A DNA stretch of 64,000 nt from Lobosporangium transversale (taxonomy: Eukaryota): contig NW_019028990.1 of the NCBI RefSeq assembly GCF_002105155.1, forward strand, positions 806,001-870,000. Reading direction: 5' to 3'. The notes under the pieces are model-generated. The model saw only the letters and a program-made list of their open reading frames with translations. It had not been told where the DNA came from and searched no databases. A program made the translations under genes and the position numbers. Below, one piece after another: positions 41,461 through 52,909 of this stretch; the stretch's first letter is position 1, and the number at the start of each line of letters is the position of its first letter.

Positions 41461-43557
41461 GGCTGAATTATGGGCTTTTATATTAAGAATAATTAAAATG
41501 GAATCCTTGATAAACTTGAATAAAACTGAAAAAAAAACAAAATAAAATAAAATAAAATAAAAAAAGAATTAAAGATGAAAGAGAGGAAGAGAGGGAGAGA
41601 GGAAGTGAGGATGGAGAAGTAGGAAAAGAAGAAGAAAAAAAGTAGATTAGGGAGAAGAATTGGACGATCTGTTACTTTTCTATGTTTTTTTTTAAATGTG
41701 ATATCGGATTCATCACATTGTTTCGGACATCTGGTCATCTTGATTGATAAACTCGAGCGCGCTGCATCCATCTACGACACATGGTGTGACTGTCCCTGGC
41801 CAGAGTTCGGGACAATCTTGCCTTTTTGTCTTTGGCTGCTCGTGACGATCTGATGTGATGACATTTAACGGTTGACAATTTGCTCCTTATTTTTATTTTG
41901 GTGTTGCTGATCAGGGAGACTTGACTCAAAGATGCATGGCATGGCTCACACTCTTTCTCCTTTTTCAATCTTTCACTTCATGATTTTTTACTTGGGTGGA
42001 TTTTCGAGTCTATTGAGAATAAATCTCTCCTAACCAGACTGCTAGATTCAACGACGCTTTCTAAAAAATGGCCAACACCAAGAGTGAGCATTACAGATTA
42101 GCAGCAGGGCGAATAGGATGGCTAAAAGGATATGCTACAAATGTTCGATGCGGAAGTTAAAACAGCATACGAGACAATGGATAGGCCTTCTAGTCCTGAA
42201 CGCTGGCTAGGTTCACAAGCATTTTATGCACAGAGCAACCTTGGGTGAGCTATGATAGTATGTGGTGATTGGAACTCAAGCTGATGGCTGCATCGGTAAG
42301 GTCGCACCTAAAACATTTCTGGATGCTCCGTGGACTTATCAGATTTCGGGTGGTTTCTCGGGTTCGGATGTTCGCCTACACAAGAAAGAGTATTTTTGTG
42401 TCCATGGGTCGACATTTCTTTGTTGTTTGTGTTGCTGTTTATGTTTGTAGTACTTTCTCCAATCCCGCCTCCCTCTTTCTCCACTCTGGCTGTTCGTTTG
42501 GTTATTGCTGTCGCTGTTAAAAGATTAACACAAAGGTATTGATATTTGATTTGGATGTGTTTCTTTTTTCTGTTGCTTTATTATCCCCTTGCTCTTTTTT
42601 AAAAAAAGGAGGGCGTCCCATGTCGATTGGCTCCTTCTACAAATGCAATTTATTCAGTTAAATAATCTGTGTGTGACCAACCTTCATTTCTCATAATCTC
42701 ATAATTCAGATGTCCCATTATACATTTAAACTAATTCAATCGATCGAGAATACAGACTTGGATCGGACAGGGGACCTCTTTCAATTGCACCTCAGCTGTG
42801 TGTCTGTGGAAAATCAAAATCAAAATGAAAAAAATAAATCCACTTGCCTTGTGCGCTTGGTGTGGCGTACCATTTTTTTTTTTTTTTTTTTTAAGTCCAG
42901 GCACGAGAGCTTTTTTTATTTTTCTCACTCGACCTCTTTTATTCATCTTTCATTCATCACGCTCATTTTGCATCCACTGTTGCATGTTCTCATCAGTACA
43001 TTGCTCGAATCATGGCCATTTGAACCCATCCTCCATCCTTTCAATCATTTGCACTTGCTAACACTCTACACTTTTAAATCCTATTCAGTCTATCATTTTA
43101 TTCACTTTCAACATCTCACTCACTAACCTCGCATTTAACCTCGTCTTTTTTGGCTCCCTCTCGCCCGCTCTTCTTTCTCCTCTTGCTCGCTCTTATCCCT
43201 CTTGTTCGCTCCTCCTACCCTTCCTCTACCTCTGCCTTAGACGCTATCCTCTCCTCAAGCTCCTTAGTCCAGCTTCACTTGTCTGCTTACTGCTTTCCTA
43301 CACCTTCATTTCTTCTTTCCTTCAATTACTCTCTTCCTCGACCTATTCCTGTAAACCCAACCTAAGCCTTTCTTTCTTCCGCTCCTTATACACATATCCG
43401 CATCAGAACACACCGCATTCTTTGTTCGTATCCTTCTCTTCAGACACATACATCTGAATAATCGTTAGTCAACCGTTGTCTCATCATCCTCTCGACATCC
43501 GCTCCTGCACCTTTCCTTCTCTTTTCGTCCACTTGAGGGCGTATGACTGATTGAAGT

Positions 43558-45569
43558 ATGGTTATGGCGTCCGCATCCCCTGCACAGTTCCGTCGCTTCG
43601 ACACTGTCCCGCCATCGCTTACGCGGCCTGACTTCAGTCTCAAGTCACGCACGCCCATACACCTTATTCATATATCTAGCGCAAAACTCAATGACCAGAT
43701 TTATTCCTCTAGATCTCTTTCAATCGAGCGACGTATCCTTCTCAAGAACTTCCTGACATTCCTCTATCAGCTACAACCCCTTGAATGGAATGAGGAATCT
43801 TCTGTCGACAGCCAGGATCACTGGGCAGAGAACACTCATTCAGCAGTGAGCATTGACCACTCCGACTTTGAGGTTCGTAGTTTATTTATACTCTGATATG
43901 TGCTCGACTTTTCATTTCTAATGCACTGTCCAAGCCAAGGGAAAAAACAGTCTTCTCACTTTTTTCTAAAAAAAAAAAAAAAAAAACTTGATTTTTGCAG
44001 CAAGAATACAATTATGATCATGATTGTTCGTCCTCTTCGTCTCGTGAAGAGTTCTTTGAAGACGCTGCTACAACTTTCGGTCTAGACTGGGCAGACGAGC
44101 CCATCCTGTCCCCTTCAGCCGCCGCCGCCGCCTCAGTCGTGACCTCTCGCAGGCGACCCCAGTTCTTACGCTCCAGCCATGTGCCACTACCACGCCCTGT
44201 CTCAATGGAGCTGCCCATTGCACTGCAGTCCTACCTCTCGACTGTGTTTGATGTTGACTGGTCTGTAGGTTTATCCACAAAAGAAGACTCACTGTTTACC
44301 TTCAAGCCAGCGCAGCAATCGCCACTGCGTTCCACACTTCCTCCATCATCCCTAGTGTCCTCTATCTCTGAAGCAGCTGATGATGAGAGCTCTCGTCTAC
44401 ATCAGCAATTTTCTTCTCAGAATCCGCCTGCTGCTGGAGACCGTCAACGCCTCCAGAGCCATTCACAACCTATATTGAACAATCGCAACGTTTCGTCAGG
44501 GACGAACTATAGTAAAGCCGAATATGATGAAAGCCAGAGTAACTTAGTTCATCAATACAACCAACAGCAACCTATCCGCAAAGACAACTATACTCAGCAA
44601 AATCTGGCACGATCCGCCTCGGAAAAAAATTTCCCTTCACAGTCTGCATCTCAGACCCATATCCATAATCATATTCACATTCACATTCACAACTATTCAC
44701 CTGAAAACCAACAGAGTAGCCAGCATATTGGCAGTAGTAGCCCTAGGCTGAGTCATTCGGCACCCATCGTCCGGTCTGCACGCTATCCGAAACCAGAATC
44801 TTATCATGGCTATCAGTACCAGGTTGAGCCTATGACTGTACCCCAAACTGTTGGTAGTGGATCATTACCCCACCTTTCAGACTTTCCTGCGCCGCCAGAA
44901 ACACCACCTCATACCGGACTCGTGGCGATGTCAGTAGCCAGCACACATGCCCCAGTATCTTTGTCCTTACCATCCAGCTCATCCTCCGGAGTATATCCAC
45001 CTGAAAAGACCGAAGCGTTTGTGTCGGGCGTAGATGAAGAGCAACCCTACCTTGCAGTCGCACCTTCTGCCTCCTCTCTGTGCATGCATTCGTCTCTTCC
45101 ACCCCCACCTTACACTCAGTTGTCTGGTGATGAAACATCATCTGTATATGGTGGACTCGCTACCTGTTCTCGAATAACAAAATCTGATCCAATCCCAATT
45201 GTTCAATCACCCCTTCTTGCACCGTCCAGGCCACAGCCCCCACCATCGCTACCAATTTCAACGTCTTTATCTAGTTCAGACAATCAGAAGTTGATTGAAT
45301 ATCAGCAATATGAGGAACGCAAGAAGATGTTTTTGCAAGAGAACAATAACAAAGAGAACGGACGATCGTCTGATGGTCTAGGCTTCATTAAACAACTATT
45401 TAAGCACGGCTCCAAAAAGAAGACACAGTCAATGGCGGTGATCAGTGCACCCTTGCCAGCAACTTCATCACTCTTACTGGGTTCAAAGACGCCTTTCCTG
45501 TTGCAAGATCTGATCAAGCAGGATTTGATGAAACAGATGTCCTCTCTCCCCCGATCCAAAGCAGGTTGA
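43558..45569 (+). CDS. Largely disordered S/Q/P-rich protein with an N-terminal SERTA-like helical motif and PPxY/YPPEK motifs (exons 43558-43872, 44001-45569)
   Basis: Two long ORFs joined in frame by a GT-AG intron (43873-44000); pyrimidine-rich upstream region; no recognisable enzyme motif. Confidence 0.7.
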
Positions 45570-45892
45570 TTATGCACATATAGAATAGTTATGACCCTAT
45601 CCATTCTCTCTCATTAAAAACAAAAATAATAATGGGAACAAATGTTCAATTATGAAACAGACATCCACAGTTTTCTGCAAATGAAAATTCAACCTTATTT
45701 GCAAACCTACTGTTAATTTTTAGAAACAATCCCATCCAGTGTGTGTTCCACAAATCCTGGGGGAAAGGGGTCAACCTCTCATCTTTAACTCTCATTCTTT
45801 CTCTTTCTCTCCCTCAACTTTCACATATCCTGTTCATTTAGACTTCACCAAAACAGCCCTTTTAATAAAATACCCATTTCATCACTGTCGCC

Positions 45893-46940
45893 ATGACTTC
45901 TGTCATCAAGTCGCTCCATGACCGTAAGACAGTTTTTAAAATGTCTCGCTCGGACCCTAAAAGCATGCATGCATGCATGCATTTCAATTCATCTCGTTCT
46001 ATTGTATGAATATAAGAAATGCAATTTATGCTTCCCTTATTCGTCTCTCTCAATCTCTTTCTTCCCTCTCTTCCTCTTCCATTCTTCTGTTGCCTTTTGG
46101 CTGTATATTGTTTGCTAATGACATTTCAACAGGTATCATGGACACCATCGACTCTGTTCAACCTCCAGAGCGATACAAGATTGTTGTTTTGGATGCAAAA
46201 ACAAACAAGATTGTCCTCAGTGCATGCAAGATGTTCGACATTATGGACCGGAATGTCACATGTAAGCAAGTCCATCTAGTGATTCAGAAGCTTTGTAAAA
46301 TTCACGCATAACGTTACTCACTCCATTCTCTCCTTGTCTCCTTGTCTCTCTGCCTTTTTAATTTTATCTCTGCTTTTATTTTGCTCAGTGGTTGAGATGC
46401 TGGAGAGCAACCGTCAGGCATATACTTCGCTCGAAGCTTTGTATCTACTGACGCCTTGCATGGAGTCTGTCCAACGCCTTATGGACGACTATCCTATAGA
46501 TAGTCCAACAGGCAAATATAAAGCTGCTCATGTCCTCTTCACAGCTCGTATGTGCTTCTCGATAGTTGATCTCTTTTGCGTTGAAAGTTTGATTTGCTTC
46601 ACAATTTGCTCTTATATCTCACGCTTTTTTTTCTTTATAGCTCTTGAGGACAGATTATTTGATCGCCTTACAAAATCATCAGTCTCAAAATACATCAAGT
46701 CGCTCAAGGAGTTGTTTATTGACTTTACAGGTACCATCTTCTGATAAATCTTGGTGTCTTTGTAAAACCATGTTACTAGACGCCAATGCCTAACATTAAT
46801 TACCAATCGACACAGCTATTGAATCGCGAGTATTTTCATTTGAGTCACCATCCAGTTTCTATACATTATACTCTCCATCAAAAAAACTGGATCTACCGGC
46901 TGAACTGGATGCAATTTCAAAACAAGTACGGGTTTGCAGC

Positions 46941-46976
<36 letters not shown>

Positions 46977-48933
46977 AAACATTGTTGCCTGTTAAAAAAC
47001 ATCAAAGCATTTTAACTAATTTTTTGTCATTCCAACATTCTAGCTCGTTTCAGTAATTGCAACATTTGGCGACTTTCCATCTATCAGATACTTTCGCCCC
47101 CCAGAAACTTTAGACGGGAGGAGAACCCAATCTATGAAGTTGGCAATGCTGCTTCAAACCGAGCTTGAAGCTTACGTCAGATCCAACCCAGAAATGGCAG
47201 TATGTCTTCTAACTCCACTTTATCAACATTCAACCGCGAGTTCGTTGGAAAAGGTAGCTTGAACGGATTTGCTAATGATTGGATTATACTTGTCAATAAT
47301 AGGGAAAGTCACAAGGCCAAGGGACGCTGCTAATCCTGGATAGATCAATTGATCCAATTGCAGCTATTGTACATGAATTCACATATCAAGCAATGGCTAA
47401 TGATCTTTTGCCGATTGAGGATGGCACAAAATACACATACGAGATCGAGAACGCAGCAGGCGACATGGAATCAGTGTCAGTTGTGATTGATGAATCGGAT
47501 GAAGTCTTCATGGATATCCGTCACGCACACATTGTGGAAACAGCCAGCACATTGACTGCAAAATTCAACAAATTTGTGGAAGAGAACGAGGCCCTAAGGG
47601 GTGATAAAGATAAAGTGGCGAGCCTCAGAAATATGAAGGATCAACTTGCCAATCTCCCAAAGTATCAAGATATGAAGGCCAAGTACTCTACTCATATTCA
47701 TATGGCAAAGGAATGTATGAAGATCTTTGAAAAGTTCAAGATCAACGAACTTGGACTCGTGGAACAACAACTTGCCACAGGAGAGACTGTAGATGGCCAC
47801 TTGCCAAAGCAGGTTCTTGCAGAAATGGTACCGTTCCTGGATGACCCTCAAGTCAGCACCATGGATAAAATCCGGTTGCTGATGTTGTACATGATTTGTC
47901 GCGAAGGTCTGCGCGCAGAGGATCGCGAGCTGCTGTTTGAACATGCCAAGATCTCGGAAGGAAATGCAGAAGCTATTCAGAATCTAGGATTGCTTGGCGT
48001 TAATGTAGAAAGAGTAAGAATAAATATTATAATGGATCACAGGAACGAGCAATACTAAGGAGTCAAAAAAAAAAAAAAAAAAAAAAAGTCTAATTGAATC
48101 TTTTTAATTCATAGGGTGGCTCAAAACCAAGGACAAAAAGGAAGCCATTCTATCCTCGAAAAAGAGCAGAGGACGAGGAACAGCCTTATGACCTGTCACG
48201 ATATATTACAAAGTTAAAAAGGGTTGTGGAGGATCATATCAATGGTTCTTTAGACCCCACCCTTTTTCCATATACCACAGAGGCGCCTACAGATTCAAGC
48301 GAGGCTAGTAGATCACTCCGCAAGACACCTCAGCCAGCATGGGAAACAAGGAAGCCAAACGTGAAAGGATCACGTCTCTTAGTTTTCGTTGCAGGAGGAG
48401 TAACTTACTCTGAGATCCGTGCCATGTATGAGCTCTGTCAATCAATGGGACGTGACATCATCATCGGTTCGACTCATATAATCACACCAAGGCAATTTAT
48501 TTATAACCTTCGATACTTGGCCAGAGGGCCACCAAAGCCCACACTACCCATCATTCCACCGTACAAAGCCCCAGCACCTCCGGCCTCGGCATTGGCACAC
48601 GGCCACTCACCCCAACGACCAGGGCCAGGACCTTCCTCTCAGCCACCTAGATCAGGACCCACTCCTCCAAACTCAGCTCCAGGTCGACCAGGACCAGGAC
48701 CACCACCGTCATCTTCACCTCATCGACCCATCACACCGGATCACAGATCCGGCGGCGGACAAGCTCCTGGCGGTATGAGGACCATTCAGAAGGATGCCTC
48801 TGGCCGCTTCGTTGCCCCGCCTACTCCTCATGCAGTCCCACCGCCTCGATCCCCTGCGCCTCCGCCCATGCAAGCTCAAGCTGCTGAGCCATCTGCTGAA
48901 AAGAAGAAGGGACGCATGTTTGGTTTTATCTAA
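45893..48933 (+). CDS. SEC1: Sec1/Munc18 exocytic SM protein, multi-exon
   Basis: MTSVIKSLHDR|IMDTI..YKIVVLD, EALYLLTP, LLILDRSIDPIAAIVHEFTYQAMANDLL, LVEQQLATG, DKIRLLMLY, YDLSRY, RLLVFVAGGVTYSEIR..YE, IIIGSTHIITP, Pro-rich tail ending KKKGRMFGFI. Confidence 0.95.
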
Positions 48934-49153
48934 ATAACATTCTTTGGTTTTAATAAAGTATAGACTTTTTAATTGGCAAGCAAGGAACATGAAGTATCAA
49001 AGTGAAATAATAATCATTTTAACAAAATAAAAAGAGGTAGAGAATAGCGGTAAATGAGGATACCATTTCTCCATATAACTAAGGGTCTACCAGGAGGAGG
49101 TGTATAATCGTGCAATGGATAATGTCTATTTAGGCTCTTTAATATACGCATAT

Positions 49154-49469
49154 TTTTTTATGTTCGCAACGATCTTAGCTGTTGGTGACGACAGCGGCTT
49201 CGACCACACTCTTATACCAAAGCACATGTCATCCTCATTGGGTACTCTATTGACATGTCTGACTCTCTTGATAACATTACATCAAAGGCTCGTCTTCATC
49301 AACATGGTCCAGTAGGGCAGAGAGAAAGGACTTTATTCCTATATTGAAGTTGATAGTACTGACTGAATGTTCAAGAAGTAGTGGTTTCAAGAAGTGCAAG
49401 TGTATTATCCCACTTCGCCTGCTATTTTCATCGGAATGGAACGATAAATATGAATAATCAGCCAACACT
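49154..49469 (+). repeat. Left arm of a 316-bp inverted repeat (RHO2-derived exon-intron-exon fragment)
   Basis: Reverse complement of 50336-50651 with two mismatches; translates [52 protein letters not shown]. Confidence 0.95.
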
Positions 49470-50135
49470 CGATAAAAAAATCCGGGCCATAAAATAAGAT
49501 ATGAGTGCGTTTAGAGAATTGATTAAGAAGGAATGTGAAGAAATATGGCTTTCAACTCATCTCTTTCATACATGCTTTACCATACATAGCTTGGCCCCTT
49601 CCGTTCTTCCTATTATATAAGGTCATTGCCATGAAGGATCGTAATGTCATCATGGCTATCTTGAAGGGGCGGCCTTTTGACAAGAAGCTGAGCTCAGAAG
49701 GAAGAGGCTTCCTCCACATTTCCTGTCCCTCCCTCCACTTCGCTCCATCTCCGGTCATAAAAGTAAAAGAAAGCAGGTAAGTGAAAAGGCTTCCTCTGCC
49801 TTGGTAAGGAGATATTAGTTATTTTGTACGGCTCCTAAACTACGGAATGAGAAATTCAAACTGATTACCTTTCTTTCGGCTACTTTTGAGAATTCTGTGG
49901 TGTCTGTCTTTGCTGTTCTATTCAAACCCTCTTCTGTACTCGGATGCATGTACTGCCAAGTCAAGTAATTGTTCTCTCTGCCGAAACAGGTCAGGAAGCC
50001 CCAGTGCTTGGTGTGTGGTATGAGATTAATCCAAGCAATTCAGGCTCGTGTGGTACTATCAAAAGCGCTCCATATAGTCATAAGGGCGCTTACGAGTAGG
50101 AAGTAAGCGCGGCTTTGGATACTTCTGAGGATTCC

Positions 50136-50181
<46 letters not shown>

Positions 50182-50335
50182 ATAAAATAAAATAAATGGG
50201 TCTCGGCCGGGTATTTTAAGAGTTATCGACAACTGTGAAGACACACTTCTCAGGACATGATAATCTAGTAGATGCTGTGATGACGATCCAGGATGAGGCG
50301 CCTTGAAGACTGCTTCTCGAGCCAAGAGCATATCT

Positions 50336-50651
50336 AGTGTTGGCTGATTATTCATATTTATTGTTCCATTCCGATGAAAATAGCAGGCGAAGTGGGATAA
50401 TACACTTGCACTTCTTGAAACCACTACTTCTTGAACATTCAGTCAGTACTATCAACTTCAATATAGGAATAAAGTCCTTTCTCTCTGCCCTACTGGACCA
50501 TGTTGATGAAGACGAGCCTTTGATGTAATGTTATCAAGAGAGTCAGACATGTCAATAGAGTATCCAATGAGGATGACATGTGCTTTGGTATAAGAGTGTG
50601 GTCGAAGCCGCTGTCGTCACCAACAGCTAAGATCGTTGCGAACATAAAAAA
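50336..50651 (-). repeat. Right arm of the 316-bp inverted repeat
   Basis: Direct base-by-base comparison with 49154-49469; the ORF track also shows near-identical 63-aa ORFs at 49277-49468(-) and 50337-50528(+). Confidence 0.95.
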
Positions 50652-50860
50652 CATAAAAAGGTATTAAGAGTCAATTATGAGAAATGACGCAAGAATCTAC
50701 CATGTACCTTATATGCTTCTTGTCTAAGCGACATACACAGAAGGATGTCGTTGTTGTTGCCCTTCTTTCTACCTATTTGACATGATTGGTATATCGCTGT
50801 GCCAATTGCACCAACGTGCTTGTCACCAATCTTAACATCCATCACAAAGCCGTCAAATAC
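50336..50860 (-). pseudogene. Unprocessed RHO2 pseudogene fragment (homologues of RHO2 exons 3-6 with introns)
   Basis: Minus strand reads VFDGFVMDVKIGDKH..VQLA (50789-50860, frameshifted), then gacaagaagcatataaggtacatggtagattc (microexon and donor, vs RHO2 gacaagaagcatatgaggtacatggtggattc), then the RLRP exon with its donor changed to GC and a premature TAA. Confidence 0.88.
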
Positions 50861-52831
50861 TAAACATTGATGGATAAAAAAAAAAAAAAAAAAAAAAAGT
50901 CAATATCATGCATAGCCTTACATTGATGGTGGTAAGCTCGATCGTATCAAGCAACAACAGAAAATCAAGTATCGTTGCCACCTTGGAAAGGGCTGGCGAA
51001 GGCAGTCCTAATAGCAGGTCGTAGTAATGATCCACATCTTAGTCAGTGTGCGGGAAGATGTTGCTACTTTCCCTTAATACCTCTCTCTAAAAATGAACTA
51101 TATGCGTAACTTCAAGATTAATTAAAAGAATACGAGTATCGAGTGGTAAGACAAAAGGAAAAAAGAAAGAAAGAAAGAGTAAAAGGGAGAGGGAGAAAGG
51201 AACAAAGTAGACAAGGGCATTCTGTGGGCTAAAAAGAAAGAACAAACCACATTGAAAGTAAACTCAATTGTCTGAATTGTATCACTGAGGTTGCCAGCAA
51301 AGCGTCAGAAAGAGGGCCGATTCAATTGATTTGGGACATGTCCTTGTGTGTGTATGTGTTTGTGGTTTCAGAATGTAGGAAGGATAGGTACAATGAACAT
51401 GAAGAAGCTTGGAAGGAGCCCAGTGCATTGGGGTCACTGTCGCCATGGAAATACATGCAATGTATTAAACAGATCATTAACTGTAACAATCTTGTGCAAT
51501 CAATAAACATTTATTCGTACTATTGTATTACAACCATAATGCAGTTTATATTGTTTTGAAATGATATGGTCATGCTTAAAGAGCGCATGTGCTTTCTGAA
51601 TGCTGTGTCTTTGTGGATATTTCAGTAACTGAAGGACTGCAGATGACACGAGTGTAGGAAAAGGAATAATTGTGCACCCTATTTTTCTCATTCCCCTAAT
51701 CATTCCACCAAAACTCATTGCGCTCTCCTCTTCCTTCTCTTTCTCTCTTTCTTTCTTTCTTCCCTATTCCTCTCTATTCTCTCTATTCTCTCTCCCCTGT
51801 CATTATTACTTCCATCAATCCATTCAATTCATTCCTACTTTCTATTCATTCCTTTATTTCTTCAAAGGTGAGACCACTACACTCTTGCACTCTCTCTCTC
51901 TCTCTCTCTCTCTCACAATTCGTACTTTTTGCTTTTTGGCTCTCATTGCATCACTTTGCTTTTGCACCCACAGCCACACTGTAACTTCCATGCTTCACAT
52001 GCTTCACAATGTTATTGTCATCCTCTCACGCCACCATCCTCTATGCCAGCTACTTCATGTAGATAAAGAGTAAAGATTACCATGGCTTGTTACGACCATG
52101 GCACAACATATTCCCCAATGTCCTCTCCTCATGTCAGTCATGGACTCTTTTACACACCCACATACATGTTGCATTCATCCCTTTTCTTCATGTTCATGTT
52201 CATGGCTGTAAGCTTAATACAAACGGATACTTTGCCGTTATTGTCTCTTTGCTCTGGTCTTTGTTGATGAAGAATGCAATCAACATATTTTTGATAAGCT
52301 TCATTTATTCCGCCTTTTCGTCATCCAAAATACCGACTCCTCCACCTCCCTTTTTTCTTCTTCACTCCTTTTGTTGTCTCTTTCCCATCATCATCAAGCG
52401 TCATCGTCTGTCAACACATTCGGATATTGAGAAGCATCCTTCCTATCAATTCGTTAATGCTCACTCACAAAAAAAATTATCACATTCAAAACGACAGTTT
52501 CATCATTTTTTTTTCCTTGTCCAGGAGAACTATTGGTGTGCAGCAGTGTAGTGCGGCCGGCTCCTTTTTTTATTGTGTCGGCATTGTTCCTTTTATTTAC
52601 TCTTTCTCCATTCTTCATTCTTCATGAAGCTTTTCATCCTTGTCATTACTCCCATCCATTGGTTCTTTGTTTCTACTCTTAATTTATCAACAACCGGGTT
52701 CTGTGCACCACTTGTTATCTCTGTCTGTTCCCTATTCACCAGCTCGTCATCCTTTGCTCAACTCAAACAAAAAAGTCAATTCTGTGCGACATTTCACACA
52801 AACGGACCTCTCACCACAAAATCACACAATC

Positions 52832-52871
<40 letters not shown>

Positions 52872-52909
52872 AGTCATTGCCACCTAATTAGCAACTATAA
52901 ATAACCGTT

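Noticed and set aside
41850..41914. Box C/D snoRNA-like layout: ctga-t-GTGATGA ... CTGA-tcag
   Set aside because: Short, with a T-rich interior and no rRNA-complementary guide I could recognise; it lies in the LYS4 upstream region and may be chance. A snoscan/Rfam search would settle it.
42060..42500. GC-richer intergenic block with short ORFs between LYS4 and the SERTA-like gene
   Set aside because: No recognisable protein or RNA motif and no consistent splice structure
49154..50651. Inverted repeat interpreted as the TIRs of a DNA transposon
   Set aside because: The arms are host-gene exon/intron sequence, no transposase ORF is present and no target-site duplication is evident
50960..51035. 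Possible remnant of RHO2 exon 1 (…tttccaaggtgg) upstream of the pseudogene
   Set aside because: Similarity too weak to assert by eye
51672..52891. Several Phe/Leu/Ser-rich ORFs upstream of RHO2
   Set aside because: Translations of pyrimidine-rich promoter/UTR and (CT)n sequence with no coding signature
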